NCBI RefSeq assembly: GCF_026571515.1
Contig: NW_026860746.1
Location: 1 to 64,000, forward strand
DNA from: Ruditapes philippinarum
Taxonomy: Eukaryota
DNA: 64,000 bases
Direction: 5' to 3'
Within the stretch, counting starts at the first letter, position 1, and each line of letters begins with the position of its first letter. This document shows, one piece after another, positions 25,401 to 37,400 of the stretch. A program made the position numbers and the translations under genes. Under the pieces are notes generated by a model. It was not told where the DNA came from. It saw only the letters and a program-made list of their open reading frames with translations, and did not search any database.

Positions 25401-28400
25401 AATGTCTTATGATATTTAACCCTAAACCTGCTGGAACCATAAGTGGTTAGCCATTGTAATAACTACTGTAGAGCTAGCCTAGCCGGCATATTGGTGCATT
25501 GTAACGTTTGTAGCTGAGGGATTTTTTGTGTGGAGGCGCGGGGGGATTTGGGGGATGTCTGTGTGTGTTTTTTGGGGTTTTTTTGTATTTTGATATTGAA
25601 ATCCCTTAAATAAATTTTAATGGAATACTCTAAATTAAAAGCTGGGCAAATCCGCGGGTTAAAGGGTAAATACACATAAATTCTATATAAAATGGAGAAA
25701 AAAAACCCTGTGACAAAATATTCAATTAATTTATGTTGAGTAAGATACTAGCAAACACTCAACAAATTTTAGCCAGCCCAGTTATATACAATGTATATAG
25801 ATTACACCCTTTGAAGTCTGTATGGTAAAATATCTCATCTGTTATATTCATCTATGACAATTTTCATAATATTTTATTATTATTCATAAAAATATTTCAT
25901 ATATGGTTAGATTTCCAGTGTGACAAGGCCTTTTCACAGTGTACATGTGTAAAACATAGAATGTCAGCTCTTAAAAGTATATTTTACTTTACAATATTGG
26001 CATGGTGTGCGGAATTATAAAGCCTGCTTGATTAATATAACAAAGAATAGTTCAAGAATTGCTTGATTTATAACAAAGACTAATAGCATCTGTCATATGT
26101 TGCTGTTTGAATCAGAATATAGGTCCTGATGGGGACTGGTCCAGTTCCCAGAGAGGCGGATATTCTGATCTTTTCTTGCATATTCTACCATATTTTAAAT
26201 TCTTTACCTTATTAAAACAAATTTCCATGGAAATTTTTATCATTTCACCCATAACTATTTTCTTACAGCAGTGTATGAAATTACAACTCCATTCATAACA
26301 GCAAAATTCAACATCCTAAGCATGTCACTGTATAGCTTGTCCCCCATGCCAGATGAAATTTCCGGCATGGGTTAAACTAACGGAAACACCAGTCTGATAT
26401 GCAAGAAATATTATTCCCTAGTAAATTAGAATGATGCCCTTGCTTATTTGTATATAATTAGTCCTTTGTTTATTTATAACAAATTACTATTTGGTATTAT
26501 AAGTCTTTTATTATGTACAAGATTTATTTATCCCTTTACCTCATATATATGCGAAACAACGCACTTTCGACTCTATCTCAATCCATTGAGAAGTTGCAGC
26601 ACTTTGAAATCAATTTTGATAGAAAAAATCCACACAAAATAGTGATTTTTGGCAATTTTAAGATGTCCCCTTGTTGCCATGGTAACAGGAAATTTAAGCC
26701 TGAGTATGTGGTTACAAAGGAAATGATCCGGTCAACATTTGTGCCAAGTTTGATTAGTATTGAAGCAGTTTTTATAGTTTTATAGCAATTTGAACTTGTA
26801 ACGGGAGACTTTTCAATGAAAACAGCCATTTTTCACAAAATGCTCATGAAGTAATGGGTTAAGTCATATTCATATACGTTCTTTTTCTAGTTCCTAGATT
26901 ATTTATGACATAATTTATTGATATCAGGTTTATTTTTGAAAAAATTGGTTTTGAGTCTTTGATTAAATACCATATTTACTTGGTGTAAGTCCTTGATTAA
27001 GTACCAGGTTTATTTATTAGAAATTGGTGTAAGTCCTTGATTAAGTGCGAGGATTATTTATTAGAAATTGGTGTAAGTCCTTGATTAAGTGCCAGGATTA
27101 TAACAAATTGGTGTAAGTCCTTGATTAAGTGCCAGGTTTATTTATTAGAAATTGGTGTAAGTCCTTGATTAAGTGCCAGGATTATAACAAATTGGTGTAA
27201 GTCCTTGATTAAGTGCCAGGTTTATTTATTAGAAATTGGTGTAAGTCCTTGATTAAGTGCCAGGATTATAACAAATTGGTGTAAGTCCTTGATTAAGTGC
27301 CAGGTTTATTTATAACAAATTGGTGTAAGTCATTGATTAAGTACCAAAATAATGTATAACCAAATGATATTATTCCTTGATTAAGTCTTTTTTTATCCCC
27401 CGCCGAAATTTTTCGGCGGAGGATATAGAAATAGTCTCCGTCCGTCCGACCTTCCGTCCTTCCGTCCGTCCTTCCGTCCGACATTTTTGTCCGGAGCATA
27501 TCTCTAAAAGTATTTGAGTTATCAACTTGAAACTTCATAGGTGGATAGACCTCATTGAGGAGGAGTGCAGTGCACAAGAATGATAACTACCTTGCATGAT
27601 TTTTGAGTTATTGCCCTTTGTTATTTTTCAAAATTAATTTTTGTCCAGAGCATAACTCCAAAAGCCTATGAGATATTAACATGAAACTTCATAGGTGCAT
27701 AGATCTCACTCAGGAGGTGTGCAGTGCACAATAATGATAACTCTACCTTTCATAATTTTTGAGTTATTGCCCTTTGTTATTTTTCATACCTAATTTTTCA
27801 CCTGAGTGGAGCATAACTCAAAAAGTGTTTGAGATATCAACATGAAATGTCATAGGTGGATAGATCTTATTGAGGAGGAATGTTGTGCGCAAGAATGATA
27901 ACTCTTCCCTATACAATTTTTGAGTTATTGCCCTTTTTTTTCATGCTATTTTGTCCAGAGCTTATCTCAAAAAGTATTTGAGGTATCAACTTGAAACTTC
28001 ATAGGTGGATGGATCTCACTGAGGAGGAGTGCAGTGCTTAAGAATGATAACTCTACCCGGCATTATTTTTGAGTTATTGCCCTTTGTTATTTTTCAAAAT
28101 TAATTTTTGTCCAGAGCATAACTCAAAAAGCCTTTGAGATATCAAAATGAAACTTCATAGGTGCATAGATCTCACTCAGGAGGTGTGCACTGCACAAGAA
28201 TGATAACTCTACCTTTTATAATTTTTGAGTTATTGCCCTTTGCTCTTTTTCATACTTAATTTTTCAATTCAATTTTTTTCTCAAAAAGTATTTGAGGTAT
28301 CAACTTGAAACTTCATAGGTGGATAGATTTTACTGAGGAGGGATGCAGCACACAAGAATGATAACCTACCCTGCATTATTTTTCAGTAATTGCCCTTTGT

Positions 28401-31400
28401 TATTTTCAGCCATCAGTATTCACATAGGTTTCAAATCTGTAATCACTATAGCCATCAGTTTTCATTACCAAAAGACCTCTTAAAATGGAATTATTCCGCT
28501 CTACTACATATACATTCTTCCAATGAGCAAACACATTTGGCGGGGGATGGCCATGTTGACATGGCTCTTCTTTTATTTATAACAATATTACACACTCAAT
28601 ACTTTTATCTATTTATGACATCTTTTAATATTAGCATTTAGTGAAAACATTATAATTATAATAGTTAAAGCATGTTTAGAGTTGATTACTACCTAAAAAT
28701 GATATTAAAAACTGCATTGTTCTGATTGTGAATAGATTATAAAACTGTTTCTATAATGTAGCATGCACTTACCACTGTCATCCATTAAGAGGCTAAACCT
28801 TAACCAAGCCTGCAACATTTTTCAATTTTGCCATTTCTGACATTCTTTACATATTCCTTTTCTATCTCTATTTTGTTTGTGCAACACTCCTGATAGTGCA
28901 TATGTTTCTCTGATTAGACAGTTAGTCAATGATTGAAATTAACATGATATTGTGAAATTAACATGACATTGTGAAATTAACATGATATTGTACATAAGTT
29001 TTATTTGAACATCATGAAATTAACAATGTAAATTTTATTTGTCATATGTGCTCAACGTATATTTCAAATTTTTAAATAAGGTTTTATTTGACTGTCATTA
29101 CATGTATATGTTTCATAGTTTTATATTTGATTGCATATTTTGGATGCACCTTGTCATAATGTTCTAATTGATTGTACATAAAATGGAAAAGATGACAAAA
29201 CCAACATAATGCGTTTGCGACCAGCATGGAAACAGACCAGCCTGCGCATCCACGCAGTCTTATCAGGATCCATGCTGTTTGCTTACCAACCCTATTACAA
29301 GTAGAGAAACTAATAGCGAACAGCATGGATCCTGATCAGACTGCACGGATGCTTAGGCTGGTCTGGATCCATGCTGGTCGCAAACCCATTATGTTGGTTT
29401 TGTCATGGCGCGGCTCATATTATAATATTATGTTCTGGTCAATAAAACTTTTTCCAAGTGGTTTAAAATATCTGCAGTGTTCTTACCTTAAAATTTCTTA
29501 CACTGTTTGAAATCTTAAAAATAATGGAGATGTGGTCTGTTTGTTAATATGCCTGCCTCTCAACGTGGTATATAAACCGTGTGTCCGAATATTAAACCAG
29601 TACTGGAATTCAGACTGAAGAATAGAATATCAAAAGTATTGTACATGACTAATGGGTTTTTGGGTGTAATTTTAATCAAAATGCCAACTCTGATTTGATA
29701 AGAAAGCAGACTTGTATATGAGCCGTGTCATGACAAAACCAACAGAATGCGTTTGCGACCAGCATGGATCCAGACCAGCCTGCGCATCCGCGCAGTCTGA
29801 TCAGGATCCATGCTGTTCTCTTACCAACTCTATTACAAGTAGAGAAACTGACAGCGAATAGCATGGATCCTGATCAGACTATGTTGGTTTTGTCGTGACA
29901 CGGCTCATATGATTTTAAAACATGATAGTTTTCACATAGTGTAGTGTAGGTAATCATGAAATAGGACAGAAAACATGATAGATAGGTAATTATGAAGTAG
30001 GACAAGTGCTTACAATCATGTGAGGAAGTTGTACAGCACTGTTATAAAAATTGACAGTGATTCTACCAAGCTTCCTGTTTAAGCAAGGAATTGGGCATCT
30101 TGTTTTATTGCTAAATAATGATTCCATGGTATGTAACACTGTAATCCCACTCAAAAATGAAATAATATGAATTATGTAAGTTATTTAAATGGTTTTTGAA
30201 TATGCTAGTTTTATGGTAATGTTATCTTGCAGGGCTTCCAGAAAAGAAGTCGAAAATATGTATACTTAATCCAAAGAAAGCCTATAATCTATGTAAGTTT
30301 TTATACATGTATATACAATTTAACCTATGAATAATTTTTATTTTACTATGTTACAGTAATAGTGGGGCTGAGTGGTTATTGACTTCAAACCAATTGTCCC
30401 TTTCTGCTGTGGGTGTGAATCTTGAATTCATTCATGTGAGGAAACTATCCCACCTGCTTTCGGAACGTTGGTGGTTCTACTTAGGTGCCTGTTTGTGCCT
30501 GAAATAATGCATGGATGGGCACCTGTGGTATTCCTCCACATACAAGGTATGAGCTGGAAAGTCCCCATATGACCATTACTGTGTTGGTGTGTCATTAAAC
30601 CCAACCAAAAAAAAGAAAGAAATAAAATAAAAATCAGTAATAATGTCTAAAATATTATGCTTTGGCTTAATAGCTGGAACATCATAATTCATTTGTTTCT
30701 TAAAAGTTTTGGTAATTAGTACAGTTATTTAGTTATGTTCAGCAAGAAATTTATAAGGCCTGTAAAATTTACATTGCTTTTATTTATAACCAACAATAAC
30801 ATGGCCTTGGAAAAAAACTGTGATATGATATTAACCAATCATTCTAACACAATGTTTTATTTATGCTCAGCAATAATTTTGGGGCAGTTGAAGTTGACCT
30901 TGAGTGAGATACGGCATGCCCTGTACATGCTTGATGAGGAGGTTTTAACACCAGAACTGCTGAGACAACTTCTTTCATATGCTCCAAACAAACAAGAGGT
31001 AAGAAATTTAGCTACCTTTCACACCTAATACTACATAATTGTGTTACTCCCACAAAAAAAAGCCAAAATTTGACAGCTTTTTGAACAATTCTGAACCTTC
31101 TAGCTCAACTATACAAAAGTGCCACTTGGGACATGGCTGTAGCGTGTGAAAGTTTAGTTTTTTGCTAAAAATAGGTACACTTTGTATATTATTAAAGTTG
31201 TTTCATTTGGTATTGCTCATTTTACTCATGGAAAGGTAAGTAACTCTACAGATAAAACACTGTCCTATTTTCAATCTCCCATGCAGTGATCTCCCCTTAT
31301 CAGTCCACCATTTTATAATTTTTCAGCTTTTGAATATTTTTTTTCATTATTTTGTATAAAGTTAAAAATAAAACAGAAAGAGAAAAATGATCTTCGACTT

Positions 31401-34400
31401 TCTTTGTAACGGTATATATTTGACGTTACATCATGTGTCTTTCATCATCATGATTGTGACATCTGCAAAGGCAGTGATTACAATCTGTGAAGGGAGGTAA
31501 TCACTGTGAGGAGTTTGTCTTATTTTAAACACTAGTGTTGTAGTTGTCCCCCTTGATACATCTATAGAAACTTTAATGCAAACAGATCAAAGCATATCTT
31601 TATATTCACAGATGGAGCAGTTAGACTCGTATAATGGTGATATAGAGGAACTTAGTCCACCAGATAGATTTACATATGAGGTATGAGCTAACCCATTAGT
31701 TAAATTATCATTATTCCCATTCAGGTCATTTTCACTCTATCACTAGGGATGAAATAAGGCCCAGTGCCCATTCTAAGAATTATAAGCCTCATTTTTTTTC
31801 AAATTTGTAACACAATATCCAAACAGCAGTAAAAAAATATATAACTTTTCAAACCTCTGAGAAAAATGGAACAGTTTTGATGTGTTTCTTAAAAGAAGTG
31901 TTAATATCTTAACAAGGGTTATAGGTACATGTATAACCCTTTTGTATTGAAACAATCTTTGTGGAAAAAAACCATTTAAGGCAAAAAAAAATTTAATAAT
32001 TGATTAGATTGTATTTCTGTAATAGAATCAATGACAATTATGGTATATGAAGCCACATTGTTTATAGTATTTGAGGGCAGTCAGCTACTGGTACCTAATT
32101 CATTTGTCAAGAGAGCGTGGAGATCCCTTTTGTAGTTTGACATATTTAATATCAAGCATCTTTCTATGGGTGCTTGTCAGACAGAGTTACAGTCCTTGTT
32201 TTGTTTCTTTAATATTTCAGATGAGTCGAGTACCAGGTTATGAACAACGACTCAAAGCGCTGGTTTTCAAAGGAAATTTTCAGGAGAAAATCTCTGAAAT
32301 GAAAGATGTATGTATAATACACTGGAGCCGCGATATAGCGCTCATGTTGGGGTCCATGATCTCAAGACAGTGTTGTAACGAGTAACTTTTTATAACGCTC
32401 ATTGTGTAATTATAGCGAAAATATCGCATTACCCCACCCACCGCCGAAACATATAACGCTTGTTAGTGGAAATGATTGTTTACTTACCTTCCAATGGATA
32501 TCAGTCCAAGCTTTTTGCGACGGACGCGCCCTCAGGCGCGTTCAGAGCTAAGTCATCTACACATGGGATTTCGTTGGCTACACTCGCGCAATGTGTCCTA
32601 AACCAATTAACAGCCCAAGAAATAGTACATGAATTTGATCCTTCAAAACTCCCATACTTTGTCTGGATATCTTAATGTCTTCCATATTTAGCCTTTTCAA
32701 TTTCAAATTAAGTTATCCAAGTTAAAATATGAACGTATATTATTGATAAAAACGTTGTAGTCCCGTAGTATTATTGCGCAATATGCAAATTACTGCTGAA
32801 ACGATTTACCGCTGTCGAAAAAGTAGGACAGCAAATTATACTTCAATAAAGGTGTAACCTCTGAGTTCCAAGACATTATTAGTAGGAAATAAATATTTCT
32901 ACATTATACAAAACATTATTATTAACAAATCAAAAGTTTTTCGTGACTCTAGGATAACTCGCGCATTAATAAAAGAAGAACTATTTTCGTGACTCATACC
33001 GCGGGTTTAGCTGAATATTCAGCAGTTATTAATATATTAGATACAGTACAATGGCTAGTAAAAATATCTATTTTTGAAAATGCATGTAAGACACTTTACC
33101 GCCATGTAGTCTTTCATGGTAAGGAAGTTATAATATCAGTTCTACTTCCGATTCTTGTGGTTTGTTTACATATTTTACTAGGTCATGATATGAGTTAACC
33201 TTCGCTATTCTAAAATAGATTCTGCTTTACCTGTTCTGATTTTTGGACAGGCGATTATAGGAAGTACACATTAAACGTGTAATTAATAAACCAGCGGATT
33301 GTAATGCAATACTTTTAGAAATGCTATACAACTGTAAGAAGCAAACAAGTTGAAAATGGAATTTAGTGTGAAGTTGAAAAGGACAACTAAACACTGTAGT
33401 GCTTAAGTGACATTTAAATTAAAATAAAAACGATGTGCTCTGGCCTCTACATCTTTACCTTGTAAATAAAAAAAATCTAAGAAATACACTATTAATTGCT
33501 GATGATTTTAACCAATTTTTTTTTAATGAGACATATCCAAGAGAAATAAAAATACAAATGACTTATATTTTATTGTCTGTATGCCCACTATGATACAACA
33601 CGAAGCAATTCTAAATAGCATTCTCAAATGTATAATGTATTATGTTTGAAGTTTATTTGCCTGGATTTATTCTAGAAATATTTCGTTGATAGTTTTTTTT
33701 CTATTTACATATCATTTCTTAGAATAAATCGATAAGGACACTGATTTACAAGTTTGACCAGAGTTTTTAGGCATAAATTTCATTCTGTATTTAAGTGCTT
33801 GAAAGTAGAAAATCTGAATTATATCAGTTTGGGACACAAAATATATTGCTCTACAAATCTCGAACTTGTATGGAATAAATTTTCTCTGTTATATATATAT
33901 ATATTTTTTTTTTCTAAAAGAAGCCTTAATTAATGTCTCTCCGGTTGCATGTCCGTCGCATTCAGTGCTGCAGCACTTTGATTTATATATTATTATTAAT
34001 TATTTTGTAAAGCATTACTGAATATCTTTAATATAAACATGAAATTTACGAATTAAAAATATAAACCACGAATGTACAATTGTTTATAAATTTCCAGTAA
34101 AACAGCGGTGTTAACGTGTGTTATGTGTGGTCATGAAAATTGATACCTAGTGGATGGGACTAAATTAATCGTCTTTCCTGCTGTCTCTTGTGAAAAAATC
34201 AGTCATCCTCAACAACTTTTTTGCCGATAGATCGAAAGTAATTGCTTTTTAAAATTAATTGTATGCTTGGGTGATTAACTTAACTCTTCGGTGTTTGCAT
34301 GTTTTAGCTAACAGTTTGATACCTGACTGATCAACAGTTCAAAATGAACAAAAGAGCAGATTAACACTTACCTGTGTATGAATTCACACCTTCTTATCAT

Positions 34401-37400
34401 GAGTGATGTAATTATGACTGTTTATTGCACTCGACTGACACATTGAACAAGCGTTATAGTGGATAAGGTGCGGTATTGATATACATGAAAAAAAAATTAT
34501 AATCAGCGAAAAATACAATTTTTTTGGGGGGAGCCAAGGCATATGAGCGTTCTACTGAGATTAGCGCTATACCGAAGAGCGCTATATCGCGGCTCCAGTG
34601 TATTATGGTTATAATTTTTTTATTTTAAGATAGTCTTACTGTAATGCTCTCCCGCCAAAGAATGTCAAACATCAGCAAATATCATAGGAAATCGGTTATT
34701 TCCGGAACTTTTTTATTTTCAAAATCTTGGGTTTAAGATTATTTACAATCACTCATCCTTTATTGCTATGTACTAAATTCTGATTATAAATGCTTAAAAC
34801 TTATTGAATACCGAATATTGTGAAAAATAATATTCCGGAAATGACCAATATTTACGATATTGGCCAATGTTATCTAAAATTTAGGCGGGAAAGCATTACA
34901 ATACTTAATGAACAATTCCAAGGTGCTTGATATTATGAGTGTGTGACAGGTTTGATTTAATAACTTTCACACCATACATATCTTCACTTTGGTGCAGAAA
35001 TGGGTTAACTACTATTAAAGTTCAAAAGGAGTTAATCCGTTACTGCATTTAGGTGACGATATATGATTTTACATGAAAAAATCAGTTCCTAAAGGCTTTT
35101 TACATAATTTTGAAATTTTTTGTTTTATGTTATACTTTTATTTTTATATAAGATACCATGTCATTCTTATATAAAATGATGCTTCACTGATGATGATGTT
35201 GTGTTGTGGTGTTTTTTTGTTTTTTTTTTGTTGTTTTTTTAAATTTCTTTGACATTTTCTTGTTTCTTATCTAACCTGAACAAGAATTATTGAAAATATA
35301 CAAGTACATATAAATTAAATGACTGTATTTCTCATATTTTGTTAAGAGTTGTATAAGATCTAATTTTTCTTTAGTTTCATAAGTAAAGGTTATTTAACAT
35401 TATAAAAATTCTGTGACATTTGCAAGGTCTTTACGTTGTACTTTAATTCCAAGAAAGTTTTAAACAAACTGTATAGAAAATTAAAAAAACGGTCATGTCA
35501 ACTTAGCTTAACCCTAAGTCAGCTTTCAGGGGCAGATTCTACCTGACAGTATGTGTCCTGTGCAGACGACACATTCATATACACTGCTCGTTATTCAGTC
35601 ATTGAATTTTGAAATTTCTCCCCTAAACTGATGAATGGTTTGTGTCTTAATTAAAAATGTGATATTTTAGATTTTTACTAAGGTCTTTAAATAGCTATTC
35701 CATTTTAAGGTCCCTGAGCATCAAGGTCACTCTGGTTTAAACCCTTAACCTGCTGGAACCAGAGATGATCAGCCTTTGTCACCAGTATAAGCCAGTTTAG
35801 CCTACAAAGTCAGAAATTTTCCATCTTTGGCTGTATAAAAAAATGGTAGTACTGTGAATAATTAATTAGCAGGTGACTGTCTATTTGAAACATTACCAAA
35901 TAGAACCTTTCTGCAATAATGTTATACAAGCTGCAATAAAAATTGTTTTTTTTACTAGATTCTCTGTAATGAAAAATTTTCATTTCAACTCTTCAGTTTT
36001 AATAAAAAAGAAGTCTATTATACTACTCTTACTTTCATTTTCTTCATTGCTCACAGGAAGATATTTTAAAGAAAAAACAATTATTAACGTGTGTTCACAC
36101 AAACGTTAAAGACAATAAGTCAGAACCAGCTCAATATTAATCATAATGGTCAGAATTTTAACTTGCACTCAAAAAAAGGGGTGACCTGTCTCACAATGTA
36201 CGTTTGAGGTTGTCTTGGACCGTATTTGAGATGTCAATTTTAACAGTTACACCACACCAGGAGTCAAACACTTACGCCACACCAGGAGTCAAATCAATCA
36301 CACACAGAGTTTCAGTTATTTATTAAATTTCTGTAGAAGTAGCAAAACAGTCCTTGAGTACACATGTAGTTGCAAAGGTCAATACTTGTATAATCTTTAT
36401 GACTTATGTAAAAGTACTTTACATGTATTTTTAGATCTGAGTAAAAGATAATTCACCTTCCTTTATTTTTGAATTATTCATATTCATGTAAAAAGATAGC
36501 TTCAAAATAATCTGTGTATTAGGAAAAATATGTTTTATTCCATAACTAGAATATGGCAGACCCCGTTTTTACAGCCCTTTTACACATAGTATTGATAGGG
36601 GTAAGGAGCTGTATAGGAATAACTTTGTCCCATCCCAAATGTTTTATGAGATATATTTTAAACATAATTATATGTATCAGGTCTCAAGATTGCCAAGTAA
36701 GGCCAAGTTTGTAAAAATTTTATAATTTACATTTTCTTTTATAAATGTGTTCTTATTAAAATTGTGTAATTTGCTTTTTTCTTTTTCAATGGGTGTGACT
36801 GTTACCAAAATTTTTGTTTTCCAGCATTTGCAGCATATTAGGAAAGCATCATTGGAATTGAGACATAGTAAAAAACTGTCAAAGATTCTAGAGGTAAGTA
36901 TAAATACATTGTCATAATCCTTCTTTTAATTACTTCAGAAATTTGTTAGATTGATTGTTTAGCTTACGGCATAAGGTGAGCTCATTGTGATCACTTTAAG
37001 TCGTGCATCGGTGGTCAGTGCTTGACTACAAGATCTATGTCATCTCCTGGTAAATCACTTAGTCATTTGTCATGAAACTTACTGGAATGGCCCTCTACAA
37101 AAAAGTATTGGTTTATTTCGTTGTACTGAACAAATTTGCCATTCTGTAGAATAAGCTAATAAAAAAATGAAATAAACTTTGAACTACATCATTCTCTCCA
37201 AGGTCCTTGGATGAACATTATGGTCTGTCAAACAAGATGATGTTACAATGTATTTAGGTGCTAGTAACAAAATAACTTTTAACATCATCTAGCTTACCTC
37301 AACATATGGACCGATTTTGATGAAACTACCGGTATATAGGAATAATAATTGTATAATTGCTTAGGTTCTTCTTGTTTGTGAAACAAATAGCTGACAATAA

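Noticed and set aside
26940-27345. CRISPR-like repeat/spacer appearance (also 56270-56635)
   Set aside because: Spacers are short and repeated, there are no cas genes, and the context is eukaryotic.
29084-29864. Similar ORFs at 29084, 29226, 29676 and 39964
   Set aside because: Translations of palindromic MITE arms.
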